Assembly: GCA_965224085.1 (NCBI GenBank)
Contig: CBDCYI010000004.1
Coordinates: forward strand, 781,170-845,169
Source: Candidatus Marinacidobacterales bacterium
GTDB lineage: Bacteria; Acidobacteriota; Vicinamibacteria; Marinacidobacterales; SMYC01
Reading direction: 5' to 3'
DNA: 64,000 nucleotides
The notes beneath the pieces are model-generated. The model ran no database searches and was not told the DNA's origin. It saw nothing but the letters and a program-made list of their open reading frames with translations. How positions within the stretch are numbered: the first letter of the stretch is position 1; each line of letters starts with the position of its first letter. The position numbers were made by a program, and so were the translations under genes. Below are positions 10,365 to 21,065 of the stretch, in pieces.

Positions 10365-10575
10365 GGCTCAAAGTCTGAAAAAGCGCTCGTTGCCTTCATC
10401 GCCAGTGAGCCGCAAAGGCCCACGCCCGTTAACGTCCACAACGAAAATATCCTACTGCTCCCACTGCTCAGTGCCGCCGTGAACGACGGTCGAGGCCATC
10501 GCGAGCAATAATCCGTCGGAGGAGAACAAAGGGCGATGGCAAGGGCGAGAGAGGACGCTCGAGCTCCGATCGCGA

Positions 10576-11388
10576 TCAGTCCCTGAGCTCAGTGGAGAGA
10601 ACGCTGAGCTGAAACAGCTCGAGGTTTCTCATGGACTTCTTGAAAAAGCCCGCATATTCGAGCGCGGACGCATCCTGTTGGACCATGACAACCGCTTCCC
10701 TCCCGTCGCTGACGTCGACCGAGAACGATCGCGAAACGACGTCGACCCAGCGCTCGAACGATCGGTCACCTTCATTGACCTCGTAGAGCATTCGAATGAG
10801 CTCGCGTTCCGAGCTCGCCGAGGGCGGCAAATCGATACGGAGCGACACCTCCCCTTCCTCGGCTTCGAGAACGGAGCACTGGAAGCCATCCAGAGTCTCG
10901 ACGAGCAGAGCGTCGGTCGGGGAGAACGTGAACGAGTTGTAGAGCGTACCGCCATCCACCGTGTCGGGCTTCTCGTCGTCGAACGTGCATGCGCGGGCGT
11001 TGCCGATATGGATCCTCAACCTTATTCTCGTATCCGTCGCGTTGTCGCTTCCGGTCTCGAACGCGTACCAGAACGAGCGACCGCTCAGACGGAGTGAGAT
11101 GACGCGGCCATCACGCACAATGGTCTCTGCGGGTGCAGCGTCCGGCTGCACGTTTCCCGAGACTTCCGTCCCCGTCGCCCCGGCATCCTCGTAGTCGATG
11201 CGCTGGATGTCCTTTTTCGAGATGACGAGCTCGCCGTAGGCGGTCTCGAGCGTGATGACCATGTTGTTCGCCGCCACGAGCTCACCATGCAAGACGTCTC
11301 CGTTGTTCAGATAGACGACCTCGGCCGGCGAGAGGGCGGAGGCGGCCAAGATCAACACGATCCAGTACGCCCCGCGTATTCTTGACAT
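10576..11388 (-). CDS. Secreted hypothetical protein
   Basis: N-terminal signal peptide (MSRIRGAYWIVLILAASALSPAEV); no recognisable domain. Confidence 0.5.
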   Translation of the reverse strand: MSRIRGAYWIVLILAASALSPAEVVYLNNGDVLHGELVAANNMVITLETAYGELVISKKDIQRIDYEDAGATGTEVSGNVQPDAAPAETIVRDGRVISLRLSGRSFWYAFETGSDNATDTRIRLRIHIGNARACTFDDEKPDTVDGGTLYNSFTFSPTDALLVETLDGFQCSVLEAEEGEVSLRIDLPPSASSERELIRMLYEVNEGDRSFERWVDVVSRSFSVDVSDGREAVVMVQQDASALEYAGFFKKSMRNLELFQLSVLSTELRD

Positions 11389-11441
11389 AGTTTTTCTTTG
11401 TCGCCGAAAAACGCATTATAGCCCGTGGTAGCCTTCTGGAC

Positions 11442-12109
11442 ATGTACCGCGACCTCCAAACCATGGCGCTAACGGCCGGATATTTCGCTGTCCTGCTCGT
11501 GCTGGTAGAGACCTTGCGTCGTCGCGTCCATGTCGCGTCGGACGTCACGCGCAAGATCTTCCTCATGGGGACCGGGGCTTGGGCGCTCGTCGCCGTACGT
11601 GTGTTCGAAGATAAAGGCTCCGCCGTGCTCGTGTATGCGGCGCTCGCAGTACTTCTCTATCTCTCGTTTCGTTTCGAGCTCTTCGCTGGTATCGAGGATT
11701 CTGGTCCGAGCCTCGGCACCGTCTTTCTAGCGCTGGCGGCTGCGTCGCTCCTGCTTTGTTCTGGGGTGGGCGCATCGAGATAGGCGTCGCCGCCGTCGTT
11801 GCCGCTGTTTTTGGAGACGCGGCGGCGGCGCTCGTGGGGAGGCGCTTTGGGACGCGGAAATTCCGCTCCTTCGCTCACATGCGGAGCATGGAAGGCACGC
11901 TCGCGATGTTCCTCGTCTCCGGTCTCGTAATGGCCCCGATTCTCGCGGGCTCGGGCGGGCTCGGCTGGCACCAGGCCGTCGCATTCTCTCTCATCACCGC
12001 CACCGTGGCGGCTTCGGTCGAGGCCGGCTCGGCCTACGGAGTGGACAATCTGACGGTGCCGCTCGCGGCCGCGGCCACCCTCGTTCTCCTGTTTCGGTTC
12101 ACTCAGTAA
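11442..12109 (+). pseudogene. CTP_transf_1 family membrane protein (CdsA/dolichol-kinase-like), split by an apparent frameshift near 11756-11783
   Basis: The N-terminal hydrophobic ORF (11442-11783) and C-terminal ORF (11756-12109) are in different frames. The C-part carries the family motif GDAAAALVGRRFGTRKF...SMEGTLAMF. Confidence 0.5.
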
Positions 12110-12321
12110 CGCTCGACAGCAATACTTTCTGGCTCCGCCGCGATCGGCTCCGCCGCGAGAAGGACCGTCCCGTTGATGGGCAAGAAGGCCTCGAACAAGC
12201 GCTCTTTCACTTCGAGCGCAATCTCGTAATAGCCGCTTTCATGAACTTGAACGAGCTTGCCCTTCGCCCCTTTGACTCCGAGCGCTTCATTGTAAACCCG
12301 TACATGACTTTGAAGGTCCAT
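12103..12321 (-). CDS. Small hypothetical protein (72 aa), co-directional with and downstream of lat
   Basis: ORF with balanced composition; no domain recognised. Confidence 0.3.
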   Translation of the reverse strand: MDLQSHVRVYNEALGVKGAKGKLVQVHESGYYEIALEVKERLFEAFLPINGTVLLAAEPIAAEPESIAVERY

Positions 12322-12392
12322 GACGTCCCTTTCGCGTAAGCTAACTACTCAATGGGCTTTATCCGTCATTTTAGGCAACGCCTCGGGACCCG

Positions 12393-13716
12393 TCAACCGA
12401 GCTGCGCGAGTATCTTCTCCACGATGGTGAGCCCCTGGTCGATGTCTTCTTTCGAGACGGTCAAAGCGGGCCGGAAGCGCACCGAGCATGTCCCGCAGCC
12501 GAGCAGAAGCAGACCATGGTCGAAGGCGAGCTTCAAGAAACGATTACGCACGTCGCCGCTCTTGAGATCGAAAGCACACATGAGGCCGCGGCCGCGGACG
12601 TTTACGACCTGCCCGCTTCGCTCGGCCGCGCAGGCATGGAGCTTGTCGAGCAGATAGCCTCCGACGTCGCGCGCGTTGTCAACAAGGCTGTCTTGCTCGA
12701 TGATCTCGAGGTAGCGGCCGAACCGCACCATGTCGACGAGATTGCCACCCCACGTCGAGTTGATGCGCGTCGATTCGGAGAATACGTTGTGCTCCACTTC
12801 GTCGATCCGGGAGCCGGCAAGAATCCCGCACACTTGGGTTTTCTTGCCGAAGCAAAGGATATCGGGCTCGAACCCATAATGCTGATAGGCCCACATTTTC
12901 CCCGTGAGGCCGACGCCCGTCTGCACTTCATCGACGATGAACAGAAATTCGTTTTCGTCGGCGAGCTCGCGAAGCGTGTGAAAAAACTCAGGACGGAAAT
13001 GACCGTCGCCGCCCTCGCCTTGAATCGGCTCGATGATGAGCCCGGCAATGTCGTCAGGGTTTTCGACAAGGGCCTGCTTGATTTGCTCGATGGCCTTTTT
13101 CTCTGCCGCGGCGACGGCCTCTACATGGTCCGCGAGCGGGAACGTGATCTTGGGGTTTTTGATGCGCGGCCAGTCGAACTTCGGGAAATACAGGGTCTTG
13201 CGCGGATCGGCTGTGTTCGTCAACGAAAGCGAATAGCCCGTGCGCCCGTGAAAGGCTTCTTGGAAGTGGAGGATCTTCTGGCCTTTATCACCCGAGACGC
13301 CGTTTTTCGCGTTGAAGCGCACTTTCCAGTCGAACGCGGTTTTGAGAGCGTTCTCTACAGCAACCGAGCCCCCCCGCAACCATGAACAGACGTGGTAGGG
13401 AATCCGGAATGGCCACCCGAGCGAACGTGTCGACGAACTCTGCCATCGGGATCGTGTAGATGTCGGAGTTGCTCGGATTGTGAATCGCCACCTCCGCCAT
13501 CCGTTTCATGAAGTCCGGCTCACGCATCTTGGGATGGTTGATGCCGACCGGGTTCGTTGCCAAGAAAGAGAAGAAATCCAAGAAACGGCGGCCTGCGCGG
13601 CTGTCGTAGATATACGAGCCTTGACTTCGCTCCAGGTCGAAGACGAGGTCGAATCCATCGACCAGCATGTGCTTTTCGAGCGTACCGCGTACATCGGTGG
13701 GCTTCATCGTCAACAT
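12393..13716 (-). pseudogene. lat: L-lysine 6-aminotransferase (class III aminotransferase), interrupted by a +1 frameshift in a G7 homopolymer
   Basis: N-part (13288-13716) and C-part (12393-13379) align end to end with LAT (FMVAGG|SVAVENALKTAFDWK, EPIQGEGGDGHFRPEFF, DEVQTGVGLTGKMWAYQ, FGKKTQVCG, LNSTWGGNL). The break sits at the C-run 13369-13375 on the plus strand; deleting one base gives an intact ~440-aa protein. Confidence 0.85.
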
Positions 13717-13985
13717 CGGTGTCTCCTCTTATTCGTGGGGATTTGCCGCACGCGAATCGAGCCTGTCAAAATCTCAGTAGCGCTCGGGCAATGATGTTCC
13801 GGAGTCGCTAGGTACCCCGATCGAAGGCTCTACGTCGCCCCGTAGAGGTAGATCTGAAACATGACCCGATTATGCTGCTTCGTCATGGCTTGGGTTATTT
13901 TAGCATTTCCCGTGGCCCCGCCGCCCGGGGCTCTCGCTTTTGCGTCCGCAGCGCGGCATCGATATAATCCTGGGTTCTCTACGTT

Positions 13986-15017
13986 TTGCATGCCTTGGAG
14001 CGTATGACCGCGGCCAATTTTAGCGAGCTGGACGACATTGGCTTTCTCCGCGAGACCGCTCTGTTTCGGGACATGCCGGAATCTGTGATCCAGACGATCA
14101 TGACGCAGGGCCGAACGCTCGAGTTCGGCACCGGGCAGCTCGTCGTTAAACAGAAGACCCGGGGCGATAGCCTATTTGTCGTGAAATCGGGCGTGGTCGA
14201 GGTCGTTAATCCGGGGGAAGGCCCTCCCCTCGCTTATCTCGGGCGCGGGGAGAGCTTTGGCGAAATGGCGCTGCTAACGGACTCCGAAAGGAGCGCAGAT
14301 GTTCGGGTGCCCCAGCAAGCCGAGCTTCTGGTCATCGATCGCGCGTTGTTCGACGACCTGATGACGAACTACTCGGGCTTTGCGGCGCAAATGGCCGTCA
14401 TCCTCGCGCATCGGCTCGTCGCGGTCTTGGAGGACCTTCCCGAGCGCGACGTGAAGCGAGAGCTTCAGGGTGATCTCACCTTTTTCGACCTCGCTACGGT
14501 CGTGCAAACGCTCATCAGTTCTTCGCAGTCGGGCGTCATGACCCTTTCGGTCGATAAGGCGATGGTCGCGCAGCTTTTCTTCCGGAGCGGCAATATCTCT
14601 CGCGCGTATTACGGACACCGTCGCGGAGACGAAGCCGTGCACCATCTCTTCCAGGCGCTCCCCGGCGGCCACTTTTTGTTCGAGAACAGAGTCGACGACT
14701 CGGTTGTGGACGGACCCGATCCTGGAATCACCGTGCCCGCCATGGCTTTGATGATGGACTCGGTGCGGCTCCAAGACGAGCTCAAGATCCTTCTCGAGGA
14801 ATTGCCCGCCGACAAAACGCTTCTCGAGCGCAACGTGGATAAACTTGTCTGGGGCGAGGCCGAAGGCCAGGCGGACGCACACCAGGTCTGGGGGTGTCTA
14901 CACGCGCCGATGACCGTAGGCGAGCTGTTCGATCGCTCGCACGCATGCCATTTCCACACGGCGAGCATTATCGCCGCCTTGCTTCAGACGGAGCAGATCA
15001 GGCCCGTTTTGGGCTGA
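13986..15017 (+). CDS. Cyclic-nucleotide-binding domain protein with a C-terminal DUF4388 domain
   Basis: cNMP-binding fold (GESFGEMALLTDSERSADV) followed by a DUF4388 signature GDLTFFDLATVVQTLISSSQSGVMTL. Confidence 0.7.
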   Translation: MHALERMTAANFSELDDIGFLRETALFRDMPESVIQTIMTQGRTLEFGTGQLVVKQKTRGDSLFVVKSGVVEVVNPGEGPPLAYLGRGESFGEMALLTDSERSADVRVPQQAELLVIDRALFDDLMTNYSGFAAQMAVILAHRLVAVLEDLPERDVKRELQGDLTFFDLATVVQTLISSSQSGVMTLSVDKAMVAQLFFRSGNISRAYYGHRRGDEAVHHLFQALPGGHFLFENRVDDSVVDGPDPGITVPAMALMMDSVRLQDELKILLEELPADKTLLERNVDKLVWGEAEGQADAHQVWGCLHAPMTVGELFDRSHACHFHTASIIAALLQTEQIRPVLG

Positions 15018-15038
15018 CGATTCGGGAGGCCTCCTCGT

Positions 15039-15935
15039 ATGAACTCGAAGCTCATCGGCACGCTTGGTTGCGCGCTCGTCATCCTCAGTCTCAGCGGCCC
15101 CGTCACCACCCCAACCGCACACGGCGCGAACGTCCCCAATAATCTTGTCGTGGACTTTAGGCTGTTCGAAGCTCGCAGCACTTCACCCGATTTTAAAACG
15201 ATGGAGTCGCTCGCCTTTTTCATCGATACCGATGGGGCGGGGGTGACGGATCGCCAGTGGCTCGCGACCATCGCGGGCAAAGTTCCCGACTCTTTTCTCG
15301 CGACCCTGATGACGGAAACGGTAAAGGTCAAAGGTGGCGCGGCTCTTTTCAAAGTGGACAAGAGGTCCCGCAGCTTCGAGACACGCGTCGACCTTAGCGA
15401 GTTTCTCGAGCGCGGCACGTTCGACGCTACCGCGACCGGCGAGCTCAAGCGTCGGAACGAATCGGAGCGCTCGTTCGAGCAGACGATCGAGCTCCGCGCT
15501 GGCAGGACGTCCGTCGTGAGCGGACGCGGCTTCGAGCTTTCCGCGAGCGAGTACTTGTCGCACTTTCGCGATTACAGCGACGGCGACAATCGGCGCAACG
15601 TCTATGACCGGCTTCGAAACTTCGGCGTCTTTCTGATCTTGGCGGTGACACTGCGCCTCGAAGAGGAGCCAGGGGGCGAGGCTCCCATCACGCTGTCGCT
15701 TCCACCCGATGTCGAGTTGCCCGTTCTCGAGAGCCCTCTCGACGTCCGCCTCGTCGGCACGGTCGAGCTCGAGCTCGATATCGATGCGAGCGGGGCGCCC
15801 GAGGACGTCAAGATCGTGCGCTCCTCCATTCCAGAAGTGAATCCGCGCCTTCTGGGCGAAGCCTCCAAGTGGCGATTTCCGAACGCGGCGGGCGCGACCG
15901 GAAGAATCGTTCTCGAGCTCGTCGCCGAGCCCTAG
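15039..15935 (+). CDS. Secreted protein with a TonB C-terminal-like domain
   Basis: Signal peptide; C-terminus VELELDIDASGAPEDVKIVRSSIPEVNPRLLGEASKWRF resembles the TonB_C fold. Confidence 0.55.
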   Translation: MNSKLIGTLGCALVILSLSGPVTTPTAHGANVPNNLVVDFRLFEARSTSPDFKTMESLAFFIDTDGAGVTDRQWLATIAGKVPDSFLATLMTETVKVKGGAALFKVDKRSRSFETRVDLSEFLERGTFDATATGELKRRNESERSFEQTIELRAGRTSVVSGRGFELSASEYLSHFRDYSDGDNRRNVYDRLRNFGVFLILAVTLRLEEEPGGEAPITLSLPPDVELPVLESPLDVRLVGTVELELDIDASGAPEDVKIVRSSIPEVNPRLLGEASKWRFPNAAGATGRIVLELVAEP

Positions 15936-16008
15936 AGCGCTCAATCACCGTTTTACTGGCCTTCGCTTGTGGGCGCTTTCGCGTCATGCTATTTTCCGCT
16001 TAACTCTC

Positions 16009-17319
16009 ATGGGAACGACGTTATCGCCCGACCAGCTGGTGATGGTCACTATCCTAGTCAAGCTGGGCGTCATGGCCTCGATCGCGAGCCTCTTGATTCG
16101 CTTCGGTGCCTTCAAGAGCCTTCTCTACAAAACAGAGCTCTCGCTCAAGGAAAAGCTCATCTTCGCGCTTCTATCGGGGATGCTCTTGTCTTCGGGGGTC
16201 ATTGTCCGTCTTCTCTTGAACTACGGCGCGGCCGATTTGTCGCTCTCGGGCACGGTGCTCGTCGGCTTGCTCGCGGGCCCTTTGACGGGCGCGGCCGTGG
16301 GTCTCATGGTGGGTGCGCCCGCCGCGTTCAACGGCGCGCTCCTCGCGTTGCCGCTCGGGGTGCTCTACGGTGTGAGCGGCGGTATCGTTCGTGAGCTGTG
16401 TCGTAAAGAAGATATATGGAGCTTTTCACCGCTCATCTTCTTGAACCTCTACCGGATCGGTAAGACCGCCATACGAGACCGCATCTTCGATTGGCAGGTC
16501 GTCATTTTCGCGGTCACACTCGCGCTCGAATCGTTGCGCATCTTCGTCGGCTCGGAGTTTCCCGGTTTCATCTTCCATCTGTCGTCGCAGAATCCTTGGG
16601 TCATGCTCGCCATTTACACCAGCACGCTGGCGGCGCTCGGCATTCCTTTGAAGATTTGGAACAACGTCCGGCTCGAGCGCAAGCTCGCTGAGCAGGAAGT
16701 GCTCGTGGTCCGGGCGCGACTCCAAGCGCTCTCGAGCCAGATCAATCCCCACTTTCTGTTCAATACGTTGAACTCTATTGCGTCGGCGACACGCACCAAC
16801 CCGGAGGTCGCGAGGCGTCTCATCCGTAAGCTTTCGAGCATTCTGAGAAAGCTTCTTCAAGAGCAGGAGCACTTCGTACCGCTCAAAGAAGAGCTCGAGT
16901 TCATCGACTCCTATCTCGACATCGAGTCAGTCCGCTTCGGCGCGGGCAAGCTCGTCGTCGAGAAAGAAGTCGAGGACAACACACTCAACACCCTCGTGCC
17001 GTCGATGATCATCCAGCCTCTCGTCGAGAATGCCGTCAAGCACGGCATCTCGACCCGGCTCGAGGGCGGGCGCATCGTGATCCGCGCCCGGCGCGGGATG
17101 GGCGCCGTCATCATCGAGATCGAAGATAATGGTGACGGCCTCCCGCAAGGCGAGCGCGCCGCCGAAGGCCACGGGATCGGCATCGCGAACGTAAACGAAC
17201 GACTGAACGTCATCTATGGCGAGCCGTACAAGATCGAGCTCGTGAGCGCTCCCGATGAGGGCACCGTGGCGCGCATCGAGATCCCGGACGTCGATATCTC
17301 CCATTTGCGAGCGAGCTGA
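16009..17319 (+). CDS. Sensor histidine kinase, LytS/YehU family
   Basis: Polytopic N-terminal membrane domain, His_kinase (PF06580-like) motif QINPHFLFNTLNSIAS, and an HATPase_c domain. The ATG at 16009 is preferred over the TTG at 15967. Confidence 0.8.
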   Translation: MGTTLSPDQLVMVTILVKLGVMASIASLLIRFGAFKSLLYKTELSLKEKLIFALLSGMLLSSGVIVRLLLNYGAADLSLSGTVLVGLLAGPLTGAAVGLMVGAPAAFNGALLALPLGVLYGVSGGIVRELCRKEDIWSFSPLIFLNLYRIGKTAIRDRIFDWQVVIFAVTLALESLRIFVGSEFPGFIFHLSSQNPWVMLAIYTSTLAALGIPLKIWNNVRLERKLAEQEVLVVRARLQALSSQINPHFLFNTLNSIASATRTNPEVARRLIRKLSSILRKLLQEQEHFVPLKEELEFIDSYLDIESVRFGAGKLVVEKEVEDNTLNTLVPSMIIQPLVENAVKHGISTRLEGGRIVIRARRGMGAVIIEIEDNGDGLPQGERAAEGHGIGIANVNERLNVIYGEPYKIELVSAPDEGTVARIEIPDVDISHLRAS

Positions 17320-17369
17320 CTAGTGGCCTCGAGCTTTATGCAACGAACCACTGAAAGAGGACACTACCC

Positions 17370-18131
17370 GTGAGCGTACGTGCCCTCGTCGTGGACGACG
17401 AACAGCTCGCCCGAGAGGAGCTCTGTTTTCTTCTCGAATCGGTCCCGGAGGTTGAAGTCGTTGGCCAGGCGCAAAACGGCCTCGAGGCCGTCGCGCTCGT
17501 GGAACGGCTCGCTCCCGAGCTTTTGTTTCTCGACATCCAGATGCCAGGTCTCGACGGATTCCAAGTGGCGCGCGAGCTCATGGGCCGCGACGATCTCCCT
17601 CGATTCATCTTCGTGACGGCCTACGATCGCTATGCGATCAAAGCCTTCGAAGTCAATGCCGTCGATTATCTGCTGAAGCCCGTCGACAAAACGCGACTGG
17701 GCGAGGCCGTATCGAGGATCACACACGAAAAAGAAGGGAAGCCCATTGCGAGCCAGCTCGAGCGGCTCCTCGGAGCCCTCGAACGGACAAATGCGCAAAA
17801 GCGCCTCGTCGTCAAAGCGGGGGACCGCTTCATGCTCGTCGATGCCTCGGACGTCATCTATGCAATGGTTGAAGACGGTGTCGTGACGATCGCGACGGAT
17901 CGGGTAACGGGCACGTCGAACGTGCGCACGCTCGACGAGCTCTCGGCATCGCTCGACGCGGACGTGTTCTGGCGCGTCCACCGCTCGTACATCGTGAATT
18001 TGCAACGCATCAAGGAAGTCGTCCCATGGTTCAACCGCACGATCCAGCTCAAGATGGCGGATCGGAACGAAACCGAGATTCCGGTATCGCGCTCCCACAC
18101 GCGGCGCCTCAAAGAGCACTTGAACTTGTAG
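17370..18131 (+). CDS. LytR/AlgR family response regulator (REC + LytTR DNA-binding domain)
   Basis: REC domain (VVDDEQLAREEL, FLDIQMPGLDGF) and a LytTR domain; GTG start with AAGAGG SD. Confidence 0.9.
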   Translation: MSVRALVVDDEQLAREELCFLLESVPEVEVVGQAQNGLEAVALVERLAPELLFLDIQMPGLDGFQVARELMGRDDLPRFIFVTAYDRYAIKAFEVNAVDYLLKPVDKTRLGEAVSRITHEKEGKPIASQLERLLGALERTNAQKRLVVKAGDRFMLVDASDVIYAMVEDGVVTIATDRVTGTSNVRTLDELSASLDADVFWRVHRSYIVNLQRIKEVVPWFNRTIQLKMADRNETEIPVSRSHTRRLKEHLNL

Positions 18132-18245
18132 CGGAACCGGTCAACGATCTTCCCACTCGCGGACGCCACCGGCCCTCGAATCACATTATTGCAGGGCGGG
18201 TTCGTGGCACGTGGTTTGCTACTCGATTGAGCAAGGAGGAATCTA

Positions 18246-18679
18246 TGACCCATGAACGCTGGCGAGAGCCCGTATCGACCCTACCCAGCCCAGAGCACTG
18301 GGCGGCCAAAGAGAAGGAAGGATGGCACCCGGTGGCGATCGAGTGGGCGCGCGAGCCGAAGCCATCTGCCGAGGAGGCGCGTCAATATCAGCCCATTCCT
18401 TACGGATTGTGCATTTCTTCCGACTGCGCTCATCTCGAGGTCGATCCCATCGAGAAAGAAGTCATGACGCTCGTGATCGCGATGATTGCCGGCGACCACC
18501 GCTTGTCCAAGATCGCCGCGGAGTTGAACCAGCGAGAACTTCGACCCCGTCAAGGGACGGAGTGGACTCAAGTGACCATCTTCAAGTTGCTGCCGCGCAT
18601 CATCGAGTTCGGCCCAGAGATCATGTCGGCAGAGGCGTGGTCGAGCAGCAAGAAGGACGTGCTTGCCGCAGTCAGCTGA
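18246..18679 (+). CDS. Hypothetical protein (144 aa)
   Basis: Strong SD AAGGAGGA 5 nt upstream of the ATG at 18246. No domain recognised; it is followed immediately by a 17-bp tandem repeat. Confidence 0.4.
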
Positions 18680-18689
18680 ACATCCTGGT

Positions 18690-18757
18690 CTGTGCGGAGG
18701 CCTGATCTGTGCGGAGGCCTGATCTGTGCGGAGGCCTGATCTGTGCGGAGGGATGAT
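18690..18757. repeat. 17-bp tandem repeat (CTGTGCGGAGGCCTGAT) x3 plus one degenerate copy
   Basis: Read directly from sequence: units at 18690-18706, 18707-18723, 18724-18740, and a degenerate unit at 18741-18757. Confidence 0.9.
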
Positions 18758-18985
18758 GAGGTGAGGATGAAGTCCCAACCGAGATAAAGGCGCCGACCTC
18801 TCAGATTCTTCCCCTCGGATTACAACACGAGAGACCAACTCCCCCTCTATCCGCGCTCCACCCCCACCTCGCAAACAAGGGCACCAGGACAGCCGTGGGC
18901 CTTTGAAATTGCCTTTTGACTGAAGAGGAAAGTACACGGGTGCGTCCATATCTGTCAAGAACGTTTTTTAGCGTATGATGCTTTC

Positions 18986-19696
18986 TTGAATACAGTCCTA
19001 TATGTCTCGATTGCCGCTTTCACCGTAACGCTCCTGAGCGGGCTTTTGGCGCTCTATTTGCACGACCGAAAAGCTGAAGTCTTCGCGTTTTGTGCCGGCG
19101 CGCTCATCGGAGGCGCGGTTATCGTGCTCCTCCCCGATGCGTGGCAATTACTGGAAGAGAGCGACACTACACTCGGCTCCAGCGTCGTGTGGCTGTTCTG
19201 CGCCGTCGGATTTCTCAGCTTCTATCTGCTCGAGCGTGGGAGCCACAAAAAGGGCAGAACGAGGCTCGCAGGGCTCGGCGGCGCGATCGGCCTGGCAACC
19301 CACAGCTTCTTCGACGGCGTGGTCATCGGCCAAGGGTTTCGCGCGGGCGAGGATATCGGGGTCTCGCTCGCGCTCGCGGTCTTGCTTCATAAACTCGCCG
19401 ACGGCGTGAGCGCCGTGGGCGTCATGCTCGGCACCGAGCACAACGTGCGTGAGACGGTAGGAATGCTCGTCATCACGGCCGTGGCGCCAGTTTTTGGGGC
19501 TATCGCGCAGTCTTTTCTGGTACTGCCGACCTCACTCCTCGCCCTGCTCTTGAGCTGTTTCGCCGGGATGTTCTTGTACCTCGCTGCGAGCCGACTCTGG
19601 CCCGAAGCGCGGCGGGCGAGCGCATCCATGGCCGTCCCCGCGCTCTCGCTCGCGGGCGTCGCGGTCGCTTATCTCGCACACACCCTATCCCAGTAG
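18986..19696 (+). CDS. ZIP family metal (zinc) transporter
   Basis: ZIP motifs HSFFDGVVIG and LLHKLADG, about 8 transmembrane helices; TTG start. Confidence 0.8.
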   Translation: MNTVLYVSIAAFTVTLLSGLLALYLHDRKAEVFAFCAGALIGGAVIVLLPDAWQLLEESDTTLGSSVVWLFCAVGFLSFYLLERGSHKKGRTRLAGLGGAIGLATHSFFDGVVIGQGFRAGEDIGVSLALAVLLHKLADGVSAVGVMLGTEHNVRETVGMLVITAVAPVFGAIAQSFLVLPTSLLALLLSCFAGMFLYLAASRLWPEARRASASMAVPALSLAGVAVAYLAHTLSQ

Positions 19697-19745
19697 CGAC
19701 GAGGCTAGGAATTCTGATAAAAGTACTCGTTTGGGAGGCATCCAT

Positions 19746-21065
19746 ATGAAATCTAAGTGGCTCATCGCGCTGGTCCTGATTCTTTCGAGCGCCTGTATGG
19801 GCTACGCGCAACAGAACGTTCTCGGTACGATCGACATTCCGAATTCCGGCTCCGCCGAAGCCCAGAACGCTTTTCTAAACGGCGTCCGCATGGTTCACAG
19901 CTTCGAGTGGGAAGACGCCATCGAAGCGTTTCAAGAAGCACAAAAGATCGACCCGGACTTCTACCTTGCCTATTGGGGTGAAACAGTGAGCCACTACGTA
20001 GGCCATCACTTCTCGGCGACGTCGACCGATGTCTCCGCTGGCCGCGCCGCTCTCAAGAAGCTCGGGACAACGAAAAAAGAGCGGCTCGAGAAAGCACCGA
20101 CGGAGCGTGAGCGCGGTTACATGGAAGCGGTGGAGCTTCTCTTCGGTGCCGGCTCGCCGAAAGAGCGCTCGCTCGCTTATTCGGATGCAATGGGCCGTCT
20201 CTGGGAGGCTTATCCCGAAGACCACGAAGCCGCCACGCTCTATGCGCTGGCCTTGATGCGGACGAACGTTCGCGGCGAAGATAGCATCCGTGCGGACATG
20301 AAGGCCGGATCGATCGCGCAGTTGGTGTTCCGCGCCAATCCCGATCACCCGGGTGCCGCGCATTACGTTATCCACGCCTATGACGATCCGATCCATGCAC
20401 CCATCGCGCTTTACGCAGCGCACAAGTATTCCGAGATCGCCCCGGCAGCCGTACACGCTCTACACATGCCGGCGCATATTTTCGTACAGCACGGTATGTG
20501 GGACCACGTCGTCGAGCGCAACACCGAGTCCTATGACGCCTCCGTCGCGCGCGCGAAGCGCAAGGGCTTGTCGCCGACGCGGCACTCGTGGCACGCGCTC
20601 TACTGGCTCCAATATGGCTACTTGCAGCAGGGACAATACGCGAAAGCCCAGGAGCAGATCGAGAAACTCCGCGTCATATCCAAGCGCGACGACGCGACGA
20701 GACGGCAGGGCAATACGCTCATGCGCATGGAGTCGCTCCAGGTCGTCGAGAGCGAGAACTGGAAAGTGAACGACATTGACACCGTCCTCGAGCAAGTGCG
20801 CGGAACCGGAGAGATCGACGAGCGCGCCGCCGCGGCCGCGAAGAAAGCCGCCGCCGGGCTCAAAGACCTTACCGCGAAGATGGAAGAGGATGCTCCCGGT
20901 CGGGAGCAAGTCACCATTTCCTGGATGGAAGTGGACGCCGTTATCGCCGAGGCCGAAGGCCGAAAGAGCGACGCCTTGGCTCTCATGAAAGAGGCTGTGG
21001 CGGTTGCCGAGACCCTCGTTCCACCGTCGGGACCTCCAGGAGAATCTGCTACGGACACGCCGTGA
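19746..21065 (+). CDS. Secreted protein with a TPR-like helical C-terminus
   Basis: Signal peptide MKSKWLIALVLILSSACMG after SD GGGAGG. Its C-terminal helical repeats appear to continue in another frame (21062-21328). Confidence 0.5.
   Translation: MKSKWLIALVLILSSACMGYAQQNVLGTIDIPNSGSAEAQNAFLNGVRMVHSFEWEDAIEAFQEAQKIDPDFYLAYWGETVSHYVGHHFSATSTDVSAGRAALKKLGTTKKERLEKAPTERERGYMEAVELLFGAGSPKERSLAYSDAMGRLWEAYPEDHEAATLYALALMRTNVRGEDSIRADMKAGSIAQLVFRANPDHPGAAHYVIHAYDDPIHAPIALYAAHKYSEIAPAAVHALHMPAHIFVQHGMWDHVVERNTESYDASVARAKRKGLSPTRHSWHALYWLQYGYLQQGQYAKAQEQIEKLRVISKRDDATRRQGNTLMRMESLQVVESENWKVNDIDTVLEQVRGTGEIDERAAAAAKKAAAGLKDLTAKMEEDAPGREQVTISWMEVDAVIAEAEGRKSDALALMKEAVAVAETLVPPSGPPGESATDTP

Noticed and set aside
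18690-18757. Possible CRISPR array
   Set aside because: Only 17-bp units with no spacers and no cas genes; it is a simple tandem repeat.
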